Positions 35,857 to 48,300 of a DNA stretch of 64,000 nt are shown piece by piece (positions within the stretch are counted from its first letter, which is position 1; each line of letters starts with the position of its first letter). A model generated the notes under the pieces. The model ran no database searches and was not told the DNA's origin. It saw nothing but the letters and a program-made list of their open reading frames with translations. A program made the position numbers and the translations under genes. This DNA is from Podarcis gaigeae (Eukaryota). The stretch lies in the NCBI GenBank assembly GCA_964106915.2, contig OZ066915.1, one strand, 5' to 3'.

Positions 35857-35988
35857 ATGCGCTCGGCTGGGGCCGCCGCTACCGCCACCAGCTCGTTCTT
35901 CGCCGCTGCCGCCGCAGGCCGAACCCAGCTCCTGCGCCCGGTGGAGGGGCCATGGTGGCTGCTGCCCCTGCTGCAGCCGCGGCCATGA
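35857..35988 (+). other. Candidate overlapping uORF (43 aa) in the CAMSAP3 leader
   Basis: ATG at 35857 (gggATGc), out of frame with the main ATG at 35952; stop TGA at 35986-35988 overlaps Met12 ATG at 35985-35987. Confidence 0.45.
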
Positions 35989-36099
35989 GGAAAAGCTTCC
36001 TGGTGCCCGAGATCAAGCCCTTGGATCAGTATGACTTCCCTCGGGCGCGCAGCGCCGCCAGCCTGGCCTGGGTGCTCGCCAAGGGCTACGGGGGTGCAG
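35952..36099 (+). CDS. CAMSAP3: CAMSAP3 coding exon 1
   Basis: gccATGG; MVAAAPAAAAAMRKSFLVPEIKPLDQYDFPRARSAASLAWVLAKGYGGA matches the CAMSAP3 N-terminus (FLVPEIKxLDQYDF..AASLAWVL); donor GCAG|gtacgg; 148 bp. Confidence 0.93.
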
Positions 36100-39000
36100 G
36101 TACGGAGGGAGCCCCGCGCGGGGAGGGGAGCGGGCAGTCGGTCGGAGGGGTCGGGGTTTCTTTCCCTTCCTGATCTCCCTTCCGAGGAGGAGGGGCGGGA
36201 TCTCCAGTGGCTGCGTGTGAGTTAAGGAGAGAGGAAGCCGTGATTCCCGTCCCCCCCGCCCGCCCGCCTTCCGCCCGATCTCGCCGTCCCTGGCGGGCTC
36301 CTGGGTTTGTGTTTCTTCTGCCTGCTCCTCCCCGGCTAGGATAATATGTCCGCCTCCCCATCGCGCTCGGCTCCGTGGGATGCCCTACCTGCTATAGCAC
36401 CCGGGGATGGGTGGGATGGGGTGGGCTCCCTTGGCAACCAGCCCTGCTGCTTCCATCCCACCCTTTCAGCGCTAACAATGGGCTCCGCTCGGTCGCCGCC
36501 TTCTCGACTAGATAGCCCGGGTGCGGCTGAGGTGGAGGCGAGGGGGGGGGGCGGCGGCTCGAATCTGTTCCTTTCTTCCTGGCGAGGGTCGCCTAATGTC
36601 TCTCCCCACGCAGGTGCCGGGCTTCCCCAGGTGTGGATGGAGCTATGATTAGGAGAGGGGAATTGGCGTCTGGGCTGGGAGGGCGCCTTTTTTGTAGGTC
36701 GAAGTGGGGCGTGTGAGGGGAGGGGGAGGCTGCCATGATAGCGGAGGGGTGGGTAGGTGGTTCTGCCATGTCTGCTGCAGCTCCTTTGCTAAGAGCAGCC
36801 CTGGGTAAGCCTCAGCCCCCCCCCCCTTCACTAAGCTCAATTCCTGCCTGGCTTTTTGTGTTGCCTTTTGTTAACAGTGTTGGCAGCACCTGCATGACTA
36901 GCATACTGTTAGGTGAGATCAGAGCCCAAACATGCTCTCTTCCCTGGGGTCCAGCTGGTCTGCGGAGCCTGAGGGTGTCAGTGCCGCCCCACCCTGCTTA
37001 GTGACAGCATTCACTGGCAGAAGCCGAGAGCAGGGCGCTGCTGTTGGTGTTTACCTTTGCTAAGTGGCATTATTTTGTGGCGTTAAATTCCTCCAGGGGA
37101 AGCCCTGCCAATGGGTGCCACCAGCACGGCCCCAGCTGTGGAGCTGTATTCTGAGGCTAAGCTGTGGCAGCTGGAAGGCAGGGGGGAGAGAGAGAGATGG
37201 GAGGCAACTAGTGAGGCTTCTGGGCTTGTAGTTGATCCTCTGGTTTTGCCATCTCGGTAAGGACTACTCAAGGACCACTTTGCATCCTTAGCTTGGTCCT
37301 CTTCAGCTCCTTAGCAATGCTGGGCCCAGGACTCTGCTCCCTTCCTTGGCAACCCTGGGCTCTCCCCGCTGTTCCCTTTGTCTCTGCCAGGCCTGGAATT
37401 AATGTTCTGTGAGGATTTGCAGATTGGCGTTGCTTTCATGCATGATGGAGGAGGAGGAGGGGAGGGGGGAGCAGACAATCCCTAGTGGGGGATTGACCTT
37501 CTTGCTGTTGCTTCATAGAAGTGTGTGCTCTTTGTCGCTGCTCTGGTGCCCCTGCTAACCCAGATCCCTCTCCTGGCTTCACCCTCCCTGCTGCCAAAAG
37601 GGTGGTGGGCCAGCCTGTGCGCTTTGTGTTCATTGAGAAGCCATGCTTCCTTCGCGTTGCTTCACAACTGTCAGACTTGTAAGGATTTGCAGAGTAGGGG
37701 GGAAGCGTTCTATGGATGAAGTAGCCTAAGCACGACTTACATGGCAAGGTGGAGGTGTGGGTAAGTGAGATGGCCCTTGATAGTGGCTTCTAAAAGTATA
37801 AGGAGCTCCATGTTGCTGGCATACCTGTAGCCAGGAGGCTACCAGCTAGTGTGTGACAGGCCTTCCTCATTGTGTATGGGCTGCTATGAGGAGGGGAGGA
37901 GAGGATGACGACAACGGGTGTTCCTCTGAGGCTGTTGACCTGAAAGTAACATAATAGGGTTTGAAGCCTGCTGGTCCACAGCCAGCTCCGGAGCTGGGAG
38001 CAACAGGAATGGCTTGCAAGGTTGTGTGACAATGAATAACTAGAGTCTCTCCGTCCCTCCCTCCCTCCCGCAACTGAGGGCCTTTCTGCCCAGAAGCTGT
38101 TTTCTTCTTAAAGACTAAATGTACCCGCTTCTGGGCTGAAGTGGGAACCACCATTCCGTGAAGCAACAGGAGGACATTGAATTGCTGTGCTTGGTGGATG
38201 TTGAAGTGCTGTGTGTGTGTTTCTGTGTGTGTATTCACAGGGGTGTATTTGGATGACCAGTTCTCTCATTTGGAGTTAGTGTAAATATAGGATCTGGTCA
38301 AGCCCAAGCGAGAACAGGTTCCCCTTGTCCCTGCCCTTCCTTGTCACCCCAATGACACACCAAACAGTACACTTTGGTGGTGGAAAGGAGAGAGCCTTGT
38401 CATTTGCCTTGGATGGAGGCCAGGGCGATCAGCCTTGCTCCGCCAGTGCTGGGTTCAAAGTCTAGTGAAGTGTGTCGAGAATGTGCTTGCTAGGGTTTGC
38501 CATAGTTTTCCGAAGAGAGCCTGAAAACCCCTTCGGCCTGCAAGGCAAGCCTTTATGGAAGCGGCACCTGCTTGCCTCACATCAGAATATGCACATGGCA
38601 CTGCTAGCATCTGCTCCTGAAATAAGCTACTGGTCATGGTGGGAGTCATCAGTCGGCCTCAAGCCAGGGATATTGTGCTACTGCTATATGATCTAAAGGC
38701 ACAGTGTGGGGGCTGTAGAAAGTTAATGTGAAATGGCAAAGAAATACATGGAAGTGGCTTTTTCAAGTTTTACACGGCTAAATTTTAAGTAATTTCAGTA
38801 TGCATTTGAAAATAAAGATCTGCAAGTGAAACTGAGTGCCAGCTTGCTTTACTAGACACACGCTGCCTGCACTTATTTCTTCACCAATAAGTAAAAGAGC
38901 CAGATGCTTTTAATTTACTGAAAGCCAAATGAGGAAGGGACTTGGAATTCCCTCAGCCCAACCTGCAGCTACAGGGCCTGTGATCCAATGCTACGTATTA

Positions 39001-39311
39001 CTCAGCTGATACATCCGGCAACTGGTCCCTTTCCCATAACTGGGTCAGGAACTGGCTAACCTCTGTCAGGTGTCCTGATTGGCATTGCTGTGTTTGTTGC
39101 ACACCCAAAGCAGTTGCTAGTAATTATGTGCAATGTTGTAGCACCCTGAGGTTAATTCCCTATATTACCTGTGATCCCTTTTGTGTTTGTCCACAAACTG
39201 GGGTAATCCCCACCCTCAAGGGTTTGTAGCAAGGGGTGGGGCAGGAAATGGAGGAGGAGTGGGAGTGACCAGAGTGAGGCTCACCAGCTGAGATAGGTGT
39301 ACACACACAAA

Positions 39312-39684
39312 TGGCGCTGTGGTCTAGACCACTGAGCTTCTTGGGCTTGCCGATCAGAAGGTCTGCGGTTCGAATCCCCGTGACGGGGTGAGCTCCCGTT
39401 GTTCTGTCCCAGCTTCTGCCAACCTAACAGTTCAAAAGCATGCCAGTGCAAGTAGATAAATGGGTACCACTGTGGCGGGAAGGTAAGCAGCATTTCCATG
39501 TGCTCTGGCACTTGTCATGGTCCTCCGTGCGCCAGAAGCGGTTTAGTCATGCTGGCGATATGACACAGAAAGCTGTCTGTGGACAAACACCAGCTCCCTT
39601 GGCCTGAAAAGTGAGATGAGCGCCACACCCCATGGTCACCTTTGACTGGACTTGACTGTCCAGGGGTCCTTTACCTTACCTTTA
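39312..39684 (+). mobile_element. Sauria SINE (older copy)
   Basis: tggcgctgtggtc A box, ggttcgaatcc B box, body alignable with the 14089 copy, accttt tail. Confidence 0.88.
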
Positions 39685-39710
39685 CACACCTATTGCTTGG
39701 CTAGTGGGAT

Positions 39711-39902
39711 GGGTCATAGCTCAGTGACAGAAGCATCTGCTTTGCATGTAAAAGATCCTGTGTTCAATCCCTGGTATATCAATGTAGGACTGGGAGAGAT
39801 TGCTGCCCAAAGTTCTGGAGAGCTGCTGCCATTCAGTGTAGAGAATACTGAGCTAGATGGACCAATGGTCTGACTCAGTATAAGGCACATTTCTATGTTC
39901 CT
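39711..39902 (+). mobile_element. tRNA(Ala)-headed squamate SINE (Squam2/Anolis SINE2-like)
   Basis: tagctcagtg...gttcaatccctgg head; tail gagctagatggaccaatggtctgactcagtataaggca..tatgttcct. Confidence 0.75.
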
Positions 39903-41868
39903 GGTAATCCAGTTAGGAGGACTGAGCCCTGCTCTCCCATTAACCGCTGATTCAGTTTCACTTGCTGTTCTGTAGGTTAAACAGGTGTGGCTGTCTGGAT
40001 ATTGACTCCTATTTCACCTTCACCCAGTGGCAAGTTCTTCCTCCACCAAAGACACCAAGAATAAAGCAAAATCTCAACTCATGAGCAGCTTATCCTTGCA
40101 TTGCTCCCTCAGCCAAACTGTACCCTGGTCTGTAGTGCAGGCATGCGAAATGAAATGTTGCCCCTTCCCCCCAAATGGTGATTTATATACAAATAAAACC
40201 TTCTAGTTTCACCCAGTCCTGAGCCATAGTGGATGCTTTTTGCACTTTAGCAAAACTACCAGGAGTCTTCTTGAAACCACAGAATGGAAGGCCTAAAATG
40301 TGATACACAAAGCCCAGTATGGGAGAAGAAAAAATATTTAAGGCAGCGGGATGGAAGATGCATGGGTACAGCAGTGCTCTGTACTTCAATGTCCCAGGTA
40401 CATGAATGCTTTCTGCCCCCCTAGAAAGGCACCTGAGGCTTGGATCATCTAGTTTAACTCAGTCCCTGCCTGGTGCTAGTCAGACAAGATGTTTCAGAGA
40501 CCAGCCTGGACAGCTTGCTCTGCTGTCCATTGTTCTGTAAATCCATTTTGCGGCAACTGGGACCCATGTCTATTTATCATTCCTGGTTCTGGTGAATGGT
40601 GGCTGTACCTATTCTTCGGGTTGTTCTCAACGTTTTATTCCTAGTATACAGCATTTGGGACTGCAGAGCTCTTGAGTTCAAGGCCCTGCTTGGCTTTGGG
40701 AAAATCATCATCATCTATCAGCCTAACAAACCTGATTCAGTTATGGTGAGGATAAAATGGGTGAACCCATGAACACTGCTTTGTGCTTCTTTTGGAGACA
40801 CGGCTTAGAAATGCAGATAAGTAAGTGGCATATAGATGTCTTATACCATTCACCCCCAAACTTGGCCCTCCAGCTGTTTTGGGACTACAACTCCCATCAT
40901 CCCTTCCTAACAGGACCAGTGGTCAGGGATGATGGGAATTGTAGTCCCAAAACAGCTGGAGGGCTGAGTTTGGGAATGCCTGTCTAATATTAACAAAGGA
41001 CAGGATAAAAACCTTCCTTTTCCACCTATAAAATGATTGTCGTCTTTAGCCTTTCTATATATATTATTTTGCTAGCCCTTCAAAACATTCCTCTGAATCT
41101 TGCCCTTGTGTTCCTAGAAGGTAATCTCTAAGTAGAATCTTTTACTACTTCTTTGTGGTTTGCTTCAGTGAGTGAAGCTTTGTTTTTTAAAACAACACCT
41201 CATTGCCAATTCCTATTTAGTTGATTCAAAAGTCTAAGTCCTCCTTTTGATTCTTTGAGTGCCTTGCTTGTTCCTTGATTTTGTAAAGCTACTTTGGAGC
41301 TGCGTGCAATTACTAGAGGCCCTGGATGGGGGCGGTGCCTTGTCATCAGCATAAAATATCAACCTTACTTATTTAATTTGTCACTTTTTTCACAGAAGTG
41401 ACTCAAAGCAACTTACAAAAAAAAATTAAAACCAAGCATTAAAATAAACACCAAGAATGAAATAGGAACCGATCCAGAAAATGGTCTACTGATGTTATTT
41501 TACTGCTTGCACTTCAATTAGTCAAGGACACTCATTTTAATCCTGCCCTCTGTGGCATCCCAAATTCCTTTGAACTTTTGCATTATCTACAAAGTTGAAC
41601 ATATTACCTGTTTCTGCGAGTAATGAAAATGCTGAATAGCACTACCCCCTAGGAGATAACTCCTTTTGGACATCACACAACAACGCCTCCAGGCTCCCCC
41701 ACACATACTTTTTAATGCCTTATTGGTTGTTCTTGTGCAGCTTGAAGGAATAAGGGTTGCTTTCCTCATGGTAGTGCCCTCTGATCCACCTGCCAAAGAA
41801 TATTCTGTAGAACTGTGTGGAACCTTCTCCTAGAGACTAACCTACCACGGAGTGACATTGATGGGGCA

Positions 41869-42059
41869 AGGCCATGCCTCAGTGCTAAAGCATTTGCCTT
41901 CAGCACAGAAGGCCCCAGGTTCAATTCCCAGCATGTCTAGGTAGGGCTGGGAGAGACTCCCTGCCTGAAATTCTGGAGAGCCTCTGGCAGTCTGTGTAGA
42001 CAATACTGAGCCTGATCAGCCAACGGTCTGACTCAGTATAAGGAAGCTTCTTATGTTCC
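41869..42059 (+). mobile_element. tRNA(Ala)-headed squamate SINE
   Basis: Same head and tail as 39711-39902. Confidence 0.75.
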
Positions 42060-44319
42060 ACATTGGCTTGGTATTGGCAAGTCCATGTTGGTTCACCTCA
42101 TTTTCTTCTACATTACATATATTATTTTTTGATGAATTTGTTCTCATAATGTCTTCTAGGTAGACATTGGGCCTGTAATCGCCTGGTTTCTCCTATTCTC
42201 CCTGTTAAATATAGATGTGGTAGCTATTTTTTGCTAGTCTGCTGGAACCTCACTTGTCTTGAGAGATTTCTCAAAGATGACTGTTAGCAGCTTTGAGGTT
42301 TCTACTTCTAGTTCGTTTAGCATTTCAGGGTGTATTTTGTTGGGATATCGATGCAGATATTAACTAGTTCTGCCATTCCTTTCACATCTCTTTGATCCGA
42401 TCTGGCAACCGTGTGTGTGGGGGAAACTGAAGTGAAGCAAGCACTAAGGAGTTTGACTCTTCTTGTGAAAAAGGACTGAAACAGGTATGCTTCGGTCTCC
42501 TCTGGTGCCATTGGATTTCACTTGTTGACCATGAAGTTGTGTATTCATCTACTATGGAATCCTGTTCTGTGCACCATTTTACCTCATTTTGGTACGGAAT
42601 GCCTTACCATGTCAGGCTAGATTGGCACAAACCGAATCCTCTGCTAAGTGCTTGCTATAGTAGCCTGAACTGGTGCCAGGTCAGTTATTGGTAGGATCCC
42701 TTGTTGGTACTTCCCTGAGATCATCTGGTCCTTTCTAACTGTGCCATAGATGCTTGTTGCTGATGGCCTATTTTTCCCCACTGGCCCTGCCTAGCACTGC
42801 CCTAACAACATGCACAGCTGTGTATGCCCTGTAAATCCTGTGACATCGCTGAGAAACTTTGAACCTCTGCTAGGCTTTGAACTGTAGAGAACCCAGAGAT
42901 ACTCTGTATCTTACAGGTGCTCAAATCTGGCTCAGGAATTATGACTGCGGGCACATCCATATTGCCATATTTCAGAGATGGGGCACCTTTTCCAGTCCAA
43001 GGCCCTCGTTCCCATCTGTTGTGAGGGGGTTGTCAGTGGTGGGTGAGTCTGGAGGCAATGGTGGGTGCAGGAGCACATGTAAATGTTACCTTTGTATAGC
43101 AGGCAAGCTTCCACATACAACCCTCTTTTGTCTGGACAAGGAAGAGGAGTTATTAAGGAGACACATTCCAACCAGGCAGAAGCTCTTTGTGTGTGAAGCA
43201 GTGCCAGTGGGAAATCTGTTCCTGGAAAGAGTTCTGAGGGCCAGATGCAGAAGCCTGGGGGCCAAATTTGAGCCCCCCAGGCCTGATGTTCACCACCTGT
43301 GCAAGGGGGGTGGGAAAGATAAACAAGACCCCAAATTAACACTTCACAACGAAGGGCCTGGGATATTAGCAAAACTGTTGGTTGCTACTGAAGTAGCTGC
43401 CTTCAGTTCCGCAGCTTGGACCTTCACTTTTACTTCCTGTGGTACCACATTATGCAACCCACCTTTGTTGGGATGCATAAGCCCAAGAACCGCCACTGGA
43501 ACATGGCACACACACATCGTGAGGGGCTCTCACTCTTAACATTATGCTTTGTAGAAGCTGACCTTCTGTTTGACCTCTCTTCACTTTGAGCAGGTGCTGG
43601 CAGGCCCACCTTACTACCTGCAACTCAGCGTAACTCTGAATTTTGCCTATAATTGCCTGTGTGCATGTGCTGTCTGTGCCCCTGCTGTTGATTGCCTTGT
43701 CTGTTTGCTTGGTTTCCTTCCTGTGTCCCTTGACTTAAGCAGTCCTTTCTCTCTTGCAAGGAGTCAGAAACCACTGGTGGAAACGAGGTTCTCACATATT
43801 TGTAGCTGTGGAGAACGTCCTTGCAGGTGGGAAGAGGTTTGAATTCTGCTCCGTCGTGTGTGCTAGAGTGGGGTGGAAGTTGCCTGACATTTCCCAGCAA
43901 CTCCCCTTTCTTGGCTGTGCCTCCAATCTAGTTTAACCTGCTGGAGGCACCTAACATGACCATGAGCTTGACAGCCTTTGCCTCTTGGTGCTTGCTGGAA
44001 AATGGGTGGGTTTGTTTCGCTGCTGTGCTGATTGGGTACGAGATGGTGTGAGAGCTTCTCCCCAAAAGCAGCACACACCCACTTGTGTCAAGGACCTCAC
44101 TTAGAGAGTGGCATTTGGCATAGCAGTTTTTCATTTCCCGCTTCACCCCCACTCCTGGTAATCCTATAGATGTTGCTGGACTCCAGCTCCCACCAGCCCC
44201 AGCCAGAGTGACCAGTGGTCAGGGAAGATGGGAGTTGTAGTTCAGCAACATCTGGATGGCCACAGGTCAGGGGATCATTTCCCAACCATTTTCTGTGGAA
44301 TAGGATGTTTGTTCAAAGA

Positions 44320-44760
44320 AAGGGCTGCCAAAATGACCAGTGGGCTGGGCCAAGTCCCCAATGAGGAAACTTCCTAACATTTGAGAATGTTTTTTTAGTT
44401 GAGGAAAGAAGCAAGTAACATGGAACATGATAGAGGTTTTGAACACTTTTGCATGAGAGAGAGAAGTTCTTCTCCATCTCTCGTAATATTAGAATCTGGA
44501 GCTGTCCAGTGAAGCTGAATGATGGGAGATTCAGGACAGATGCAGAAGTACTTCACACAGTGCATAGCCAGAACTATGAAATTTGGTCCCACAAGAGGGA
44601 CTACCAATTTGGGTGGCTTTAAGAGGGGATTAGACAAATTAATGGTGGATAAGGCCTTAAATAGCTGCTTCTCATGAGGGCTTTATTATCTCCCATATTG
44701 GAAGCAGCATGCCTCTGAATATGTTGCTAGGGAACATAAGCGGGAGGGTGGTGTTGGACA
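44320..44760 (+). mobile_element. Old CR1 ORF2 end and 3' UTR
   Basis: aagggctgccaaaatg...gggagattcaggacaga...ttcacacag...gctttaagaggggattagacaaatt. Confidence 0.65.
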
Positions 44761-46350
44761 CAGGTCCTGCTTGTGGATTTCCCAGGTTTGCCGCTGTGGG
44801 GAAACAGGGCTCTTACATGAAATTGGAAGCATACGGCCGTCCTGTGCCTTGATCCTGTGCAGGCCTATTGACATTGTCTTGCAGCTGGCATGCCTCTGGA
44901 TTTCATAAGATTGCCCCTTAAGCTGCTGGCTGCCTCTGTGCCCCTCCCTCTTGCCTGGCTGTAACCCTGCCACAGAGCTTGAGCTGCGACCTTGGCCGTC
45001 TGAGAGGGTGGGGGAGGCGGTGGCGGCTGCCCTGCTTGTTTTTCTCTTTAATCCGGCTGCTTGGCTAAGGCTCCCATATGCAGGTTTCCCCTGCCTCAAG
45101 AATGGTTTCTGGGCTTGAGTCAAACGCCTTTGCCCCTTGAGTCCTGTATCACACTCTGCTTGTTGCCTCCTTCAGTGTACCTGTCAGTTTCTCCTTCTGA
45201 TCTGTACCCAACACCCTTCAGTCAGACAGCCTCATGCCAATGGTGGGCAGAGGCAAATGTGGGTGGAGCAACAAATGTAATAATAATAAAAATAAATTTT
45301 ATTATTCATACCCTGCCCATATGTACACTAGGCTGGTTTCTGTGCACTCTTACACCTTTCTCTGTCCTCCATTCAAACAGACAAGAGGCATTATCAGAGC
45401 TCAAGGACGCATTCTAGCCATACAAAAACCTTCAAGGAAGGTACAGAGCAGGATTGCATGGCACCCTGATAAAAGTCTTGAGGGCCAGATAGGCGCAAAG
45501 GGCCACATTTGGCCCCTGGGCATGGGGTTCCCTTTCCTACTCTAGAATATAAACTTATCCATGAAGTTTACAGCAGGGAGAAATTACCTCCCTCACCCAT
45601 CTTGCTTGTATTTGTTATTTTATTTGGAATATTTTTATTCTGCCTTTCTATCAAGAAAATACATTAATAATTGTAATTCTCTGAAAACTTGATTCTATGT
45701 TGGGACCGAGAAATTTAGGCCCCTGTTTACAGGGACAGTAGAATGTGGGGGCAGAGTTGGCTACAGGTTTTCAGATGGTGGTCTATGAGCGCCATTGAGG
45801 TAGACCATGAAACGATTGTGAATGTCTTTGGCCTGCACATGATTTATACTTTGTTGGCAGTGGAAGGTGAGGCCATGTTGATCAGGAGTGGATAAGGTCC
45901 AATGATGTCCTGGCTTAAGGCCTGTGATTTTCATTATATGATGCTGGTGCAGTTCACTCATTTTTACCTTAAAACAACAATTTAAGAGACTCTTCTCAGT
46001 GCCTTGACCTATGGCTCATTATTTTTATGATCAGGTTCTGGTTTTGAGAATGCCAGCCCTGAAGGATGAGACGTTTATGAAGTGGTTTGTCAAGATCCCC
46101 AACAATTTTCAAGTGGTCCATTGCGGGGCGGGGAAGAGATTGAGAACTGACTATACTTGTTGAGGAATAAATTTAGCAGGGCACAATTTTTGAAATCTCC
46201 TGTAGGTTAAAAACAAAGGGCATTATGGGGAGACGTTCTAGCCTATCTCCAACTCTCAGCCGTGCTAATTTTCTGCCTGAAGAGTTTCTTTTTTTAATGG
46301 CAAAGCATTCAAAAAAGAGACAAGAGTCCTGCTGATTAACATTACAAATA

Positions 46351-46565
46351 CAGTGGTACCTCGGGTTAAGAACTTAATTCATTCTGGAGGTCCGTTCTTA
46401 ACCTGAAACTGTTCTTAACCTGAGATACCACTTTATCTAATGGGGCCTACTGCTGCCGCTGTGCGATTTCTGTTCTCATCCTGAAGCAAAGTTCTTAACC
46501 TGAGGTACTATTTCTGGGTTAGCAGAGTCTGTAACCTGAAGCGTCTGTAACCCAAGGTACCACTG
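46351..46565. mobile_element. Tc1/mariner MITE, family A
   Basis: TA+cagtggtacctcgggtta ... taacccaaggtaccactg+TA. Confidence 0.9.
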
Positions 46566-48099
46566 TATATCATTCCTTGATTTGTTTGGACTCTGTGCTC
46601 CCTTTTCACAGAGCCTTGCCATCTAAAACTGTAGAGTTACAGCCTTTTGCCAAACTTGGCTCCCTGGATTGGAGTCCAACACTCTCATCTCCAGCCAGCA
46701 TGGACAGTGGCCAAGCATGATGGGAGTTGTAGTCCAAAAACATGAGGAGTAAGATGAGTCACCTTTTCTTCCCCATGTCCCCATCCACTTCAGTGGTCAT
46801 GCTGGGGAGGCAGGCCATCCATGGGAGGAATTCAATGTCACACTAAGGAGATTGTTCAGTCTGAGGAAGCATTTTTTAAATCTCTCCTCTGCTCCACTGC
46901 ACATTGTTCTGGGGTTCTCCCAATCCCTCCCAAGCCATTTCTGGGGGTGAGGAAAAGCCCCATTATGATAGCGGGGAAACCCTTGCCTGGATTTCTGCTA
47001 GTGGGACCAGTTACCTGAATCTTGCCTCATGTTTGCCTGCTTCCTGGTGATTGCAAGTTTCATCTTTCCTCATGAGTTTTCGCTATGCTGTTTCGCCCTC
47101 TTCTTTGTTCAGACCTAACCTTCTTGAGATGCAGGCTGTGCTGTTGCATGAGTGTGATCATTTCTCACCAGGGTTGCTGTATGGACGAGTGCTTTAGAGG
47201 AAGCACCCTGTACTGGGTTGCAAGCCTAGAATCATAGAGTTGGAAGGGACCGCAAGGCTTGATGGATAACGGCAAGGATGTGTTTTGTATGTGTGTAATG
47301 TAGCACTGATGTCATTTCAGGGCACAGTACTTACACCCTGGAGCCTGTGTTGCGTGTTCGGGCCTGTTGTCAGGTGGGGGTGTGGTGCTTTGCCGGAGAC
47401 AGGTTTTGCCTTCGCCCCTCTGGCTCTTGCATAGTTCCCGGGGCGCTGTTGTCACGTGTAATTGTACAAGCCCCTGCAGCTTCAGACTGCAGCCAAATAG
47501 GCTTGCTGAGGCCTATGGATGCTCTGTGGTGGGGCAGTCTGAAGCTGCTGCTGCTGCTGCGCAAGAGGTTGGTGCAAGGCTCATCGGTTCATTCCCTTTC
47601 TGGCCTTACCTGCTGGGACTGAGGACTGATCTGTGAGGCACGTGCCAGTGACTTCTGGGTGGAATGTGGTTCCTGCAAATAATGCCCACTTCCTATGTCC
47701 CAACAAACTGCTAAACCTGTGCTAGAATTGTCATTTGAGGCACTTCAGGGCACATTCCCATCATTAAGTCATGACTTAACATGGATTAGTAAGTGCTCAA
47801 GGTGTTTTAACCACATGAGTCTTTGCTACCTATGGCCCAAACTACGTGCTAATTTCAAATATGTATAATGGTAGCTCAGGGACCCTTTTGGAATAGGGGA
47901 AAACACACAGTTTCCGGTGGAGGCTACTGAAAGCGCTTGGGAGAGACAATCCTTTTTTCTCGTGGCTGTCCAAAGCTTTCTCTCCACCCCACCAAGGCTT
48001 TTCCCTCTGCAGGGTTTCAGATGCACGTGCCTGAAGGCCAAACTAGATGTGGCTTTCAGTGCATCGTGGCATGTGGTGTTAAATATGCCAGTGGGGGAT

Positions 48100-48300
48100 T
48101 TCTGTGGCTCAGTGGTAGGCCATAGGGTCAGCGGCAGAGCATCTTCCTTAAATGCAGATGGTCACAGGTTCAATCCCTGACATTTCCAGATAAAGCTGGG
48201 AGACGGTTGCCTGGAATCCTGGACAGCCCCTGCCAGTCAAGGTGGACAATATAGGTTAGGTAGACCAGTTGTCTAACTAAGTATAAGTCGGCTTCCTATC
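48100..48300 (+). mobile_element. tRNA(Ala)-headed squamate SINE
   Basis: Same family as 39711; a further minus-strand copy lies at about 56222-56394. Confidence 0.7.

Larger units (their letters stand above)
35200..36620 (+). promoter_or_regulatory. CpG island / CAMSAP3 promoter and exon 1
   Basis: High GC and CpG density around the ATG; GC box at 35732-35741, TGATTGACGG at 35747-35756, CACGTG at 35764-35769, NRF1-like GCGCACGCGC near 35615. Confidence 0.85.

Noticed and set aside
42877-43539. 220-aa ORF in CAMSAP3 intron 1 (also 63241-63903 minus and 14075-14671 minus)
   Set aside because: No recognisable domain, non-ATG starts, and overlap with repeats; likely chance ORFs.
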